Positions 50,268 through 60,185 of a stretch of DNA of 64,000 nucleotides are shown one piece after another (positions within the stretch are counted from its first letter, which is position 1; every line of letters starts with the position of its first letter). Source of the DNA: an uncultured Bacilli bacterium (lineage in GTDB: Bacteria; Bacillota_I; Bacilli_A; RF39; UBA660); contig CALVID010000003.1 in NCBI GenBank assembly GCA_944329355.1, positions 3,130 to 67,129 on the forward strand, in the 5' to 3' direction. The notes beneath the pieces were generated by a model, which worked only from the letters and a program-made list of their open reading frames with translations, was not told the origin of the DNA and did no database searches. The position numbers and the translations under genes were made by a program.

Positions 50268-52021
50268 TAATTAGCCTTCCATGTTTTAAATACATCACAG
50301 CTACTTGATGAAGGGGCTGGATCAGGCATTCTCATTCTAACAATAGTTGGAATTTTGAAAGCTCCACCAAAGGCCATGCATGTTCCTGGCTGTAATGTTT
50401 TTTGCTTTTCAACAATATCAGCAGAGATATTAGGAAGCATTTTGGTTATATAATCTAAATCTCTTGGGTGAGTAATTTTAAATATTAAGAAGTTGGCACA
50501 CTGTGAAATAACGGTATCGGATATTTCTACAGGTCTTTGAGAAATTAAATTAAAAATCAAACCATATTTACGTCCTTCTTTAGCAGCTCTTTCAAAAATA
50601 TTATAACCAATAAGCTCAATATCACCATCATTTTGAACATATCTATGAGCTTCTTCTACAAAAATATGAAATGGGATAGAAGCTCTGTCTTTTAATCGTT
50701 TTGTAAAGTTAAATAGCATTTTGGTATATATTTTAACTACAACTTTGGCAAACCAATCTTCGACATCTTCTAAATTAAAGTTAATTACTTGGGCTTTTTT
50801 TCCATTTTTAGCTACTAATGTTGCAATATAATTTTCCATGGTGATAAAAGTTGGATAACGTAAATATCTCGAATTTTCAGAGATGGTTAATGAATGAAGT
50901 CTTACTTTTAATTCAATAGCATCAGCATACGTATCAGTGTTATTTAAAAGCCCTTCACTAATTAAGGTAAATTCCAAAGCTTTTTCTAAATCTTCTAAGG
51001 TATAATATTTTATTTCTTTAGGTTCATATGTATCTAGTGATTCATCTATAAAGCTAGTAACATATTCTGTCATTAAAATACTTTCTGGAAATTGTCCTTG
51101 GGTATCTATGGTAAAACATTCTCTGAATTTTCTCGTATATCCAATACCTCTTACTGGTGCTTCTAAATTAAATTGAGGTGTGGAACAAGTAGCTAAGATA
51201 GCAAAAACGTCATTCCTTTTACTACTGGCTGTTTGATTTGTATATAGTATTGTCATAATAGCTTTTGCGATTAAATGGTTTTTATATTTTGTACTCATTT
51301 CATCATCTGAAGCGAATATGTTTACTAATTTTAACATTCTTTCAATTATAGTTAATTGTGAATGTTTATCGGCTCTTAACAATAAAGCCATATCGTCAAT
51401 ATCTAAAAGCCAAAGTGGTATAGATAATATTTCTCCATCTGTTTGATTAATGTTAGTTGTATAAAATTTAAAGTTTAAATTGGGATTGATTTGATCTATA
51501 TTTTGCAATGCGTTATGATATTCTCCATAAGCATCAAAAATAAAGAAATTAGAGCGAAATGGTAATAATTTAGGATTTTGAAAGATGTTTTGCAAAAGTC
51601 TCGCTACTCCACAAGATTTACCCGAACCACTATTACCAAATATAGCCATATGACTACTGAACAAGTCATTTATGTCAACACTAATTTTATGACTGTCATA
51701 AAGTGGACTTTCACCAATTATAAATGATGATGGTGTATCATCACCTAATATTAAGGCAACTTCATCATTATTTATTAATCTTAAATGTGAATTGAATGTA
51801 GGTTTTCTTATAACTCCACCAACAAACTTATTGTTTACGATCTCACCTAAGAATCTAATTTTAATAATATCATTACTGATATCTTCAACTTCACCTAAAA
51901 TCTTTTTTTTCTCATCTTCAAAAATAACATGCATATTCATAATGTTGGTTGATAAAGATCCGTCTTTAGGTGTTTCTACATGTGCTTCTGTATCACTGAT
52001 ATAAAGTATTTTTCCAAACAT
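50267..52021 (-). CDS. HerA/FtsK-superfamily ATPase (DUF87/COG0433-like)
   Basis: 584 aa: an N-terminal small-barrel region, Walker A HMAIFGNSGSGKSCG, FDAYGEYHNA, Walker B FHIFVEEAHRYV, EGRKYGLIFNLISQRPVEISDTVISQCANFLIFKI and PGTCMAFGGAFKIPTIV. All are typical HerA blocks. Confidence 0.75.
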   Translation of the reverse strand: MFGKILYISDTEAHVETPKDGSLSTNIMNMHVIFEDEKKKILGEVEDISNDIIKIRFLGEIVNNKFVGGVIRKPTFNSHLRLINNDEVALILGDDTPSSFIIGESPLYDSHKISVDINDLFSSHMAIFGNSGSGKSCGVARLLQNIFQNPKLLPFRSNFFIFDAYGEYHNALQNIDQINPNLNFKFYTTNINQTDGEILSIPLWLLDIDDMALLLRADKHSQLTIIERMLKLVNIFASDDEMSTKYKNHLIAKAIMTILYTNQTASSKRNDVFAILATCSTPQFNLEAPVRGIGYTRKFRECFTIDTQGQFPESILMTEYVTSFIDESLDTYEPKEIKYYTLEDLEKALEFTLISEGLLNNTDTYADAIELKVRLHSLTISENSRYLRYPTFITMENYIATLVAKNGKKAQVINFNLEDVEDWFAKVVVKIYTKMLFNFTKRLKDRASIPFHIFVEEAHRYVQNDGDIELIGYNIFERAAKEGRKYGLIFNLISQRPVEISDTVISQCANFLIFKITHPRDLDYITKMLPNISADIVEKQKTLQPGTCMAFGGAFKIPTIVRMRMPDPAPSSSSCDVFKTWKAN

Positions 52022-52034
52022 AATTTATCCTCCC

Positions 52035-52325
52035 CTATAATAACTCTTCTATTTGTTTTTTTATTTTTGGATCTAAATTTTTTATTATTTTTTTTATTTT
52101 AATGCTATTTTGATATTGTTTTAAAATTTTTTCATAATATAACAATTTGTTTTCAGTTTCTTTAATTTGTTTATGAATAGCATTTCTAGAAACATTTTCG
52201 TTTTCGGCAATTTCTGATAGTGTTAAGTTATCAAAGTAATAATTTTTGAAATAATTTTGCTGTTTTATAGTTAAAAGTTCTCCATAATAATCAAATAAAT
52301 TGGTTAAATATATTACTTTATCCAT
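52035..52325 (-). CDS. ylxM: YlxM/p13-like putative DNA-binding protein (UPF0122)
   Basis: 96 aa with LFDYYGELLTIKQQNYFKNYYFDNLTLSEIAENENVSRNAIHKQIK. Its start overlaps the ftsY stop (TAATG). Confidence 0.85.
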   Translation of the reverse strand: MDKVIYLTNLFDYYGELLTIKQQNYFKNYYFDNLTLSEIAENENVSRNAIHKQIKETENKLLYYEKILKQYQNSIKIKKIIKNLDPKIKKQIEELL

Positions 52326-53299
52326 TATTCATCCATTCCCTTAAATAAACCATAAATATATTTTTCAATGTCAAATACTTTTAGGTCATCTTTTGTTTCA
52401 CCTAGTCCAACATATTTAACTGGTATACCTGTTTCTTCTTTGATAGCCAATACAATACCACCTTTAGCTGTACCATCTAATTTGGTTAAAACAATGCCTG
52501 TAATATTGGTTATTTCTTGGAAACTTTTAGCTTGACTAATACCGTTTTGCCCTGTGGTGGCATCTATCACTAAAAGGGTTTCATGTGGAGCATTCGGTAT
52601 TAATTTACCAATAACTTTATTCACTTTTTCTAATTCTTTCATTAAACCAATTTTATTTTGAAGTCTGCCAGCCGTGTCGATTAAGACAACATCATATTTT
52701 TCATCTTTGGCTTTATTAACCCCATCATACATAACACTAACTGGATCGGCATTTTCTTTTGACACAATATCTACGCCTATTTTTTTAGCCCATTCATCTA
52801 ATTGTTCTATGGCACCAGCTCTAAAGGTATCACCAGCAACCATTAAAACTTTCTTGCCTTCGTTTTTTAATTTATGGGCTATTTTTCCAATTGTCGTTGT
52901 TTTTCCCACTCCGTTTACACCAACAAACAAAATAACAGTAGGTCCTTCTAAAGCATAATTTATTTTATTAGTAATAATATCTCCATCAACGTATATGATA
53001 AACATTTCATCAACAATGATATCTTTTAATTCGGCAGAAGTTTGAATATTTTCTTTTTTGACACGTTTTTTTAACCGATCAATTATTTCCATAACGGTAT
53101 TTACACCAATGTCTGACATAATTAATATTTCTTCTAGGTTTTCAAAATATTCATCATCAACAATTTTGTGATTGTTATTTAAATTTAGTAAGGCTGTCAA
53201 AAAATTGTTTCTGGTTTTTTCTAATCCTTTATCATAAACGGCTACTTCTTCTTTTTCTTCTTTTTTAAAAATGTTTTTAAATTTATCAAATAATCCCAT
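52325..53299 (-). CDS. ftsY: Signal recognition particle receptor FtsY
   Basis: Starts MGLFDKFKNIF and contains GVNGVGKTTTIGK, DTAGRLQNK and LTKLDGTAKGG. ATG 53299 follows AGGGTGA; the tracked ORF starts 3 codons earlier at GTG. Confidence 0.95.
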   Translation of the reverse strand: MGLFDKFKNIFKKEEKEEVAVYDKGLEKTRNNFLTALLNLNNNHKIVDDEYFENLEEILIMSDIGVNTVMEIIDRLKKRVKKENIQTSAELKDIIVDEMFIIYVDGDIITNKINYALEGPTVILFVGVNGVGKTTTIGKIAHKLKNEGKKVLMVAGDTFRAGAIEQLDEWAKKIGVDIVSKENADPVSVMYDGVNKAKDEKYDVVLIDTAGRLQNKIGLMKELEKVNKVIGKLIPNAPHETLLVIDATTGQNGISQAKSFQEITNITGIVLTKLDGTAKGGIVLAIKEETGIPVKYVGLGETKDDLKVFDIEKYIYGLFKGMDE

Positions 53300-53495
53300 G
53301 TATATCACCCTGTTACTATATAAATTTTACACTATTTTTTTATAAACTGCAATAAATATAAGGAAATTCAGAGAAAAATAGTAAATTAATTATCTCTGTT
53401 AGTTTATTATTTTGATTAATCATTTAAAATTGTTTTGCTTTTTGTTATATGATTTTGTTTAGTTGTTTTTTAAAAATTTATCATTATATCTTAAC

Positions 53496-53524
53496 TTGTC
53501 AAACTTATTAAAAAAAGATATAAT
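53496..53524 (+). promoter_or_regulatory. Sigma-A type promoter of rnj
   Basis: TTGTCA, a 17-nt spacer and TATAAT, 40 nt upstream of the ATG. Confidence 0.6.
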
Positions 53525-53563
53525 GTTATAGTCAGTTTTAACTTTAAAAGAAAGGAGTTTATA

Positions 53564-55243
53564 ATGAAGTTTAATAAAAATGAGACTTACATTCTAGCCT
53601 TGGGTGGGCTTGGTGAGGTCGGAAAAAATATGTATCTGGTAATGCATAATGATGAAATTATTATTACAGATGCGGGTGTGATTTTCCCAGGTGGCGAACT
53701 TATGGGAATTGATTATGTTATTCCAGATGTAACATTTTTAAAACAAAATGAAAGTAAAATTAAAGGTTTATTTATTACTCATGGTCATGAAGATCATATC
53801 GGAGGAATTCCTTTTTTACTTTCAGAAGTGAACATTCCAGCAATTTATGCCCCTAATCAGGCGGCAGCTTTGATTAAGAAAAAATTAGAAGATAGAAAAA
53901 TAAAGTATAATAATTTGTATATTTATAATGAAAATAGTGTTTATAGGTTTAAAGATATGTGGGTGGAATTTTATAGAACTACTCACTCTATTCCAGATTC
54001 ACATGGTATAGTTATTCATACTCCAGATGGAGTTATTATGACGACGGGAGATTTTAAGTTTGATTTGACGCCAATAGGTCCTATGGCAGATGTGTGGAAG
54101 ATTGCAAAATTAGGATCTGAAGGTATTACTTTACTTTTAAGTGATAGTACAAATGCGTTGAATCCTGGTATAAGTAATAGTGAATCTAAAGTTGATGATG
54201 CTTTAGAAGAATTATTTAATAAACATGATAGCAGAATTATTATCGCAACATTTGCTTCTAATATATACAGATTAAAACATATTGTCGATACTTGTAAAAG
54301 ACATGGTCGTAAGATTGCGGTGTTTGGTAGAAGTATGGAAAATAATATTGAAATTTCTATTGAAGGTGGCTATATAAAACATAAAGAAATATTTATATCT
54401 CCTGATGAAGCAACTAAATTACCCGCTAATAAAGTTTGTTTGCTTTGTACTGGTACACAAGGAGAGCCTTTAGCCGCTTTAAGTAGATTAGCTAATGGAA
54501 CATTTAGACATATAAAATTAAGAAGTGATGATGTGGTTGTCTTTTCATCATCAGCTATTCCAGGAAATGCTTTAAGTATCTCAAGAACTATTAATAAATT
54601 ATATTTAAAAGGTATAACCGTTTATACTAATACATCTTTAAGCGATATTCATGCGAGTGGCCATGCGAATGAAGAAGAATTAAAATGGATGCTTAGGTTA
54701 GCTAAGCCAAAATATTTTATGCCTTTTCATGGTGAATACCGAATGCTAAAAAAACATGCAGATATTGCCATTGAATGTGATATTCCTAAGGAAAACACTT
54801 TTGTTTTAAGTAATGGTGATGTACTTTCAATGAAAAAAGGGGTAATTAAAAAAGTTGGACATATTTTAGCTGGTGAAACTTATGTAGATGGTAACCGTAT
54901 TGGTGAAGTTAGTAATGCGGTAATGAAAGACCGTAAAATAATGGCTAACGACGGTATTGTTGTGGCCATTATCAATATAGATATTCAAAACCGTAGATTA
55001 TTAGCAAATCCTAATATTATTACAAGGGGATTTGTATTGGTAAATGATAATTTAGATTTGCTTAAAAAATTAGAACTTTTGACTAGAGATGCGATAAACG
55101 ATAAAATTAAAACTGGCATAAATTATAATGATATTAAGTCAGAAGTTATTAATACTTTAAGTAGTTATATTAGTTTACATACAGGTAGAAAGCCTATTAT
55201 TTTACCAGTTATTATGAATGTAAAAAAAGACGTTAAAATTTAA
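53564..55243 (+). CDS. rnj: Ribonuclease J
   Basis: 559 aa with a metallo-beta-lactamase/beta-CASP fold: ITHGHEDHIGG, GDFKFD, SDSTNA and IHASGHAN. Confidence 0.95.
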   Translation: MKFNKNETYILALGGLGEVGKNMYLVMHNDEIIITDAGVIFPGGELMGIDYVIPDVTFLKQNESKIKGLFITHGHEDHIGGIPFLLSEVNIPAIYAPNQAAALIKKKLEDRKIKYNNLYIYNENSVYRFKDMWVEFYRTTHSIPDSHGIVIHTPDGVIMTTGDFKFDLTPIGPMADVWKIAKLGSEGITLLLSDSTNALNPGISNSESKVDDALEELFNKHDSRIIIATFASNIYRLKHIVDTCKRHGRKIAVFGRSMENNIEISIEGGYIKHKEIFISPDEATKLPANKVCLLCTGTQGEPLAALSRLANGTFRHIKLRSDDVVVFSSSAIPGNALSISRTINKLYLKGITVYTNTSLSDIHASGHANEEELKWMLRLAKPKYFMPFHGEYRMLKKHADIAIECDIPKENTFVLSNGDVLSMKKGVIKKVGHILAGETYVDGNRIGEVSNAVMKDRKIMANDGIVVAIINIDIQNRRLLANPNIITRGFVLVNDNLDLLKKLELLTRDAINDKIKTGINYNDIKSEVINTLSSYISLHTGRKPIILPVIMNVKKDVKI

Positions 55244-55256
55244 TTTTAAAGTCTTT

Positions 55257-55631
55257 TTATTTACAATCTTCTGAATCATTGTATTTATAATCGTATTTTA
55301 TATTGTTATCTTTTTTGATTACCTCAATTGTAACAGAGGCGTTTTCTAAACTACAATTTTTGGATGGTAATATTATGTTTGTATCTAAATATCCTTCATC
55401 TTGTAGCGTGCTAACATTTACCGTATAAGATGTGCTATTATTTACTATAGCTTTGTTATCGCTTAACCAATTTTTGGTCGCAAGAATAATTGTGTTTTTA
55501 GTGTTTTCGTCGGCCTCTTTTTGACCTTTTTTAATATTGCTTGTAACACTAGGAACTATTACTAGCAGTAATAAAGATAAGATAATAATAACACCTAATA
55601 GTTCAATTAAAGTAAATCCTTTATTTTTCAT
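55257..55631 (-). CDS. Type IV pilin/ComGC-like pseudopilin (124 aa)
   Basis: [26 protein letters not shown] is a canonical prepilin leader with Glu+5. Its start overlaps the eno stop by 11 nt. Confidence 0.8.
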   Translation of the reverse strand: MKNKGFTLIELLGVIIILSLLLLVIVPSVTSNIKKGQKEADENTKNTIILATKNWLSDNKAIVNNSTSYTVNVSTLQDEGYLDTNIILPSKNCSLENASVTIEVIKKDNNIKYDYKYNDSEDCK

Positions 55632-56856
55632 TTATGACCTCTTCTATTCTTAACAATTGATTATATTTACAAGTCCTATCTGTTCTTGAAAGTGATCCAG
55701 TTTTGATTTGTCCTAGGTTTAAACCTACAGCTAAGTCAGCAATAGATGTATCTTCTGTTTCACCACTGCGGTGAGATATAATAGTTTTATAACCATTTTT
55801 TTTGGCTAATTTGATGGTGTCTAAAGTTTCAGTTATTGTACCAATTTGATTTATTTTTATTAAAATGGCATTACCAGCATGCATATCAATGCCTTTTTGG
55901 AGATATTTTTGATTTGTAACAAATAAATCATCTCCTACTAGTTGAAGTTTATCACCATATCTTTCAGTCATTTTTTGAAAACCTTTCCAGTCATTTTCGT
56001 CTACTGGATCTTCTATAGATATTATTGGATATTTATCTAATAAGGTTTGATAGTAATCTATTAATTCATCAGTTGTCAATTTTAAATGTGCTCCTGCTAA
56101 ATTATAAAATCCATCTTTATAAAATTCACTAGCAGCTACATCAATGGCAAAGTTTACATCTTTACCTGGTATATAGCCAGCTGCTTTTATGGCTTTTATT
56201 AATAAATCTAATGCTTCTTCATTAGTATTTAAATCAGGAGCAAATCCACCTTCATCCCCTACTCCAGTGTGATAACCGGCTTGATTTAAAACTTTTTTTA
56301 GGTTATGGAAGACTTCACTACCGATTTGTAATCTTTTTTTAAATGTCTCGCCTTCTGGAATTATCATAAATTCTTGGAAATCTAACCCATTATCAGCATG
56401 AGCTCCCCCATTTAATATATTCATCATAGCTTTTGGCATAGAGTATTCATTTCCCACATATTCAAATAATAATTTATTATTATCTAAAGCTGCTGCTTTT
56501 AAGTTGGCTAATGAAATACCCAAAATGGCGTTAGCTCCATATTTTCCTTTATTTTCAGTGCCATCTAATTTTATTAATGTAGTATCAATTTTTCTTTGAT
56601 CTGAAGGATTCATACCGATTAAGGCTTTTTTTAAAACATTATTAATGTTATCGACAGCTTTTAAAACTCCTTTACCCATATATCTAGTTTGATCATTATC
56701 TCTTAGTTCTAAGGCTTCTTTTGACCCTGTGGAGGCACCTGATGGTATAGATGCTCTACCTATAATACCATTTTCTAATATAACATCTACTTCAACGGTT
56801 GGATTTCCTCTAGAATCTAATATTTCTCTAGCTTTAATATCTTTAATATTTGACAT
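55621..56856 (-). CDS. eno: Enolase (phosphopyruvate hydratase)
   Basis: Starts [25 protein letters not shown] and contains [17 protein letters not shown] and LLRIEE. Confidence 0.97.
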   Translation of the reverse strand: MSNIKDIKAREILDSRGNPTVEVDVILENGIIGRASIPSGASTGSKEALELRDNDQTRYMGKGVLKAVDNINNVLKKALIGMNPSDQRKIDTTLIKLDGTENKGKYGANAILGISLANLKAAALDNNKLLFEYVGNEYSMPKAMMNILNGGAHADNGLDFQEFMIIPEGETFKKRLQIGSEVFHNLKKVLNQAGYHTGVGDEGGFAPDLNTNEEALDLLIKAIKAAGYIPGKDVNFAIDVAASEFYKDGFYNLAGAHLKLTTDELIDYYQTLLDKYPIISIEDPVDENDWKGFQKMTERYGDKLQLVGDDLFVTNQKYLQKGIDMHAGNAILIKINQIGTITETLDTIKLAKKNGYKTIISHRSGETEDTSIADLAVGLNLGQIKTGSLSRTDRTCKYNQLLRIEEVINEK

Positions 56857-57565
56857 GTTTATCTCCTTCTTTCATTTCGTTTAATGTATTTGTTTGATTT
56901 AATAAATTTATAAATGTATGGTATTTATTTAGCCAGTATCTATAATCTTTTAAGTCATCTAAATAGTCTTTTGAGTGGCTATTTTCAAATGCATTAATAT
57001 AATCTGAAATTTGACTTTTAAATTTTAACCAATAATCTAAACTATATTCAATAGTATAGCTTACATGGGGACCTCTTAATTTAGGATCTCCCTTTGGTGG
57101 TCTAAAGAAAAGATCATTATTAGTAATTATTTGAGCAGCTTTATAATTTACTGGAATGTCTTTTCCGGTTATTTTACTAACAAATTTGCTTTCTATTTCG
57201 CTGTTTTTTGAATTCATATAATCAAAGCCGTAGAGATATAAAGTGTCTTGGCAAATAGTTCTTTCTTTTTTTATTACTTTTTCTTTACCAGTATTATTTA
57301 AAGCAATTTTATTTTGAACAAACTTTAGTATTTGATCCATAACATTACTATTTAATAAATTTTGATAATAATTATAAGTAAAAATTTCTGAAAAGTCATT
57401 ATAAAACTCACTTTCATATTCGTTTATAATGGATGTTAGAAGTTCTATATATTCATTATTCTCTAAATTTTCATAGATGTTTAATTCTTTTTTTAAGTTA
57501 TCTTTAAACATTTTGAAAAAATCTTCAATAGTTAGTAAGTTGGTTTGATTTTTATTTTCACTCAT
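56843..57565 (-). CDS. Hypothetical protein (240 aa), first gene of the eno operon
   Basis: ORF preceded by TATAAT and GGTGG. Its end overlaps the eno start by 14 nt. No motif recognised. Confidence 0.5.
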   Translation of the reverse strand: MSENKNQTNLLTIEDFFKMFKDNLKKELNIYENLENNEYIELLTSIINEYESEFYNDFSEIFTYNYYQNLLNSNVMDQILKFVQNKIALNNTGKEKVIKKERTICQDTLYLYGFDYMNSKNSEIESKFVSKITGKDIPVNYKAAQIITNNDLFFRPPKGDPKLRGPHVSYTIEYSLDYWLKFKSQISDYINAFENSHSKDYLDDLKDYRYWLNKYHTFINLLNQTNTLNEMKEGDKHVKY

Positions 57566-57666
57566 GTTACCACCAGTATAATTATAACATGTTTTGTTTT
57601 AAAATTGTAATTAAATAAGGAAGATTTGTTTTTTAGTTACTTTTTATAAGAATTTTTTAAAAAAGT

Positions 57667-57695
57667 TTGAATTTTTTGTAAATATATAGTATAAT
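57667..57695 (+). promoter_or_regulatory. Near-consensus promoter driving the truncated tRNA-Arg
   Basis: TTGAAT, a 17-nt spacer and TATAAT, 18 nt upstream of the tRNA fragment 5' end. Confidence 0.6.
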
Positions 57696-57713
57696 GTATT
57701 TGTTGCATGAGTT

Positions 57714-57762
<49 letters not shown>

Positions 57763-57830
57763 TATCAAGAGTTATCAGTTGACAAAAGCATTGTAATTAC
57801 TACGATTTTGTGATATAATCGTTAGTGTTA

Positions 57831-57918
57831 ATTAAGAAATTAGTACCCATTTTAGTACCCACATTTCTTAAATTAATTAAAATTGATTTAAACTATTTTT
57901 AAATAGTTTAAAATAGAT
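57831..57918. repeat. Repeat-rich spacer between the tRNA fragment and the intact tRNA (candidate recombinase/regulator binding arms)
   Basis: TTAATTAAGAAAT...ATTTCTTAAATTAA is an inverted repeat enclosing the tandem TAGTACCCA-TTT-TAGTACCCA. It is followed by the perfect palindrome AAACTATTT-TT-AAATAGTTT. An extended -10 promoter (TTGTAA, 17 nt, TGaTATAAT) lies at 57791-57819. Confidence 0.6.
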
Positions 57919-57949
57919 TTCTTGCTAAATTTTAGTAAGAATTCCTTAT

Positions 57950-58026
57950 GTCCCAGTAGCTCAGCTGGATAGAGCATCGCCCTTCTAAGGCGAGAGTCAG
58001 GGGTTCGAATCCCTTCTGGGACGCCA
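57950..58026 (+). tRNA. tRNA-Arg (anticodon UCU), CCA encoded
   Basis: GTCCCAGTAGCTCAGCTGGATAGAGCATCGCCCTTCTAAGGCGAGAGTCAGGGGTTCGAATCCCTTCTGGGACGCCA is a full cloverleaf with anticodon loop CUUCUAA. Confidence 0.9.
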
Positions 58027-58039
58027 TTTAGGTAATTAA

Positions 58040-58065
58040 AAGTCTTGAACTTCAAGGCTTTTTTC
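58040..58065 (+). terminator. Intrinsic terminator after tRNA-Arg(UCU)
   Basis: AAGUCUUGA-ACU-UCAAGGCUU (with one U-G pair) followed by UUUU. Confidence 0.6.
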
Positions 58066-58088
58066 GTGCATAAAAAAACAACTCTGTA

Positions 58089-58841
58089 CTAGCAGTTGTT
58101 TATCATTTTTTTCATTTTTATATAATCATCAATTAATGATAAATATTGAAATTGATAAAATTCTACTGTTCTATAATAAATATTATCAAAATAATAAATA
58201 CCTTTCTTTTTCTCTACTTCATAATCAATATTAAATTTTTTTGATTTTTTTCTTTTTTCGACTACTGTATTTATATTTGAAAATATATATGTGAGTACAA
58301 ATTCATCATCAAGATTACATATTCCTATTTTTTTAAAGAAATTTGCTATATCACATAATTCTATAACTGAATATTCCGAAATTTGTTTTATTTTAATATT
58401 TTCTCTTTTTAAAATGTTTTTCACTTCTGACATTTCTTGAATATTATTTATAAAATTACCAAAAATAATTTTATAATTATTCTTTTTAAAAAAATTTATA
58501 TATTTATTATCTCCAACGTAATGTTTAGATAATAAGTATTTTTCTACATTTTGTTTATTACCATTAATTATATCTTCCATGACTACTTTTCTAACTTTAT
58601 AAAGTGAGGGAAATATTTTTAAAAGAAAATCAAATAACCTAGTCAATAGCATTAAAAACTGTTCTTCAGCACTATATATTTCACTTGGATTCGCATTACA
58701 ACATACTATTTTATTATCTAATTTTAAAATTATTTCATCTAATATATCTGTTTTAAGCAATTTATAAATGATTAAATCGTAATCATGTGGACTATTTAAC
58801 AATATATTACACATTTTTTGCTTTTTCTGTATCAGATCCAT
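58089..58841 (-). CDS. Hypothetical protein (250 aa), tRNA-proximal cargo
   Basis: Clean ORF with no TM helix, signal peptide or recognised motif. Confidence 0.45.
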   Translation of the reverse strand: MDLIQKKQKMCNILLNSPHDYDLIIYKLLKTDILDEIILKLDNKIVCCNANPSEIYSAEEQFLMLLTRLFDFLLKIFPSLYKVRKVVMEDIINGNKQNVEKYLLSKHYVGDNKYINFFKKNNYKIIFGNFINNIQEMSEVKNILKRENIKIKQISEYSVIELCDIANFFKKIGICNLDDEFVLTYIFSNINTVVEKRKKSKKFNIDYEVEKKKGIYYFDNIYYRTVEFYQFQYLSLIDDYIKMKKMINNC

Positions 58842-58869
58842 TATTAGTCCTTTCTATTTTAATAATTAC

Positions 58870-59187
58870 TTAACTATATAATTCTTCGTTTTCCTTAATA
58901 GCAAAAAATACCATTTCTATACCATTTTCAACTGCTGTCATAAAAATAGACTTATTATAAGGTATTAAATACCAATAATACTTTTTTTCGTCCTTATCTT
59001 TGATAATTCCAAACTCATAATTATTTTTTGGAGCATAAGCTACTAGATGATCTTCTACTAGATGAAATTTAATACCAGCATTAATATATGGTTGCATATA
59101 ATCATCAAAATCTTCTCTTGCAAAAAATCTGTCTAATTCTTCCACTAATGGTTTAGCACAATACCTCTTACTTCTTATTGCTTTCAC
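58870..59187 (-). CDS. Hypothetical protein (105 aa)
   Basis: Clean ORF upstream of the 250-aa gene and divergent from the XRE gene. Confidence 0.45.
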   Translation of the reverse strand: MKAIRSKRYCAKPLVEELDRFFAREDFDDYMQPYINAGIKFHLVEDHLVAYAPKNNYEFGIIKDKDEKKYYWYLIPYNKSIFMTAVENGIEMVFFAIKENEELYS

Positions 59188-59262
59188 TTCCTTTCCTAAT
59201 CATTTTGTATATCCATCCAGCAAATCTTTTACACTATTACTTACTGGAGTATGTTATTTAAA

Positions 59263-59303
59263 AATCGTATCATAATAACAGTAGTAAAGTTGGTGATACG
59301 ATT
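59263..59303. promoter_or_regulatory. Perfect 10-bp inverted repeat overlapping the RBS of the XRE gene (operator or RBS-sequestering hairpin)
   Basis: AATCGTATCA, 21 nt, then TGATACGATT, immediately followed by the GTG start. The right arm contains the GGTGA RBS. Confidence 0.45.
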
Positions 59304-59561
59304 GTGAAATTAAATAAAGTATTCGGCAACAATGTGAAATATTTTAGGTTTCGAAAAAAATATACACAAGAGAAAGTTGCTGAACTAACCGATACTAGTG
59401 TAACTTATATAAGTCAACTAGAATTAGGTCATCATACTCCGTCTTTTGAGAAGCTGGAACTTCTTTCAAAAGCATTGGATGTTGAGCCTTTTGAGTTTTA
59501 CGTCAAAAGGGACTTTAAAAAGTTACCTGCTAGAGTGGATATGACAAATACTGATGAATAA
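59304..59561 (+). CDS. XRE-family (Cro/CI-like) HTH regulator (85 aa)
   Basis: NVKYFRFRKKYTQEKVAELTDTSVTYISQLELGHHTPSFEKLELLSKAL. Confidence 0.8.
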   Translation: MKLNKVFGNNVKYFRFRKKYTQEKVAELTDTSVTYISQLELGHHTPSFEKLELLSKALDVEPFEFYVKRDFKKLPARVDMTNTDE

Positions 59562-59687
59562 CAATTATGGTTGTTATTCTTTTTCATTATATCACATTTT
59601 TTAACATCAAAGTTAATTATTTTGCGTGCATTGGGCAAAATGGCAAATACCCCTGTTAAAATGCGACAATATTTTCAGGTGGTAACA

Positions 59688-60119
59688 ATGTATTTTAATA
59701 ATTTACAATATTTAAGAAATGAGAAAGAATTAACTCAAAGAGAAGTATCAGAAATATTGAATTGCAAAAGAAGTACTTATGATAATTGGGAACATGGTAA
59801 CGTTATGATTCCCCTTGATATGGCTGATAAATTATCTTGCTTTTATAAAGTTAAGCTATCATATATTTATGGCATTGATAAAGACCTAGTTAAAGTAGAA
59901 AATATTAAAAGAATTGATTACAGCAAAATGCTTGCTACTTTAAATGAGAAAAAAGAAGAATATAAGCATACTTATACTTACATAGCTGATAATCTAAAAT
60001 GTAATGTATCAACAGTACAAAGATATTTTAAAGGTGTATTCTTCCCACCTATTGATAGACTAGTAGCATTAGCTAATTTATATAATATGGAGCTTGACGT
60101 GTTATGTGGTAAACTGTAA
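59688..60119 (+). CDS. Tandem-HTH XRE-family regulator (144 aa)
   Basis: The start is probably ATG 59688 (GGTGG RBS). HTH 1 is LRNEKELTQREVSEILNCKRSTYDNWEHG. HTH 2 is YIADNLKCNVSTVQRYFKG. The tracked 40-codon N-terminal extension from TTG looks spurious. Confidence 0.7.
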   Translation: MYFNNLQYLRNEKELTQREVSEILNCKRSTYDNWEHGNVMIPLDMADKLSCFYKVKLSYIYGIDKDLVKVENIKRIDYSKMLATLNEKKEEYKHTYTYIADNLKCNVSTVQRYFKGVFFPPIDRLVALANLYNMELDVLCGKL

Positions 60120-60185
60120 AATTTTACCTGTTTTCTTATTTGTAAAACAATGCTATAATAAAAACAGCGAAAGGTCTATTAGTTT

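Noticed and set aside
50267-52021. Interpreting the HerA-like ATPase as a conjugative VirB4/TraG-type or FtsK/SpoIIIE translocase
   Set aside because: There are no neighbouring T4SS or relaxase genes and the ATPase itself has no N-terminal TM segments. The motif set (HAS-barrel-like N-terminus, DAYGEY, EGRKYG, ISQRP) fits HerA/DUF87 better.
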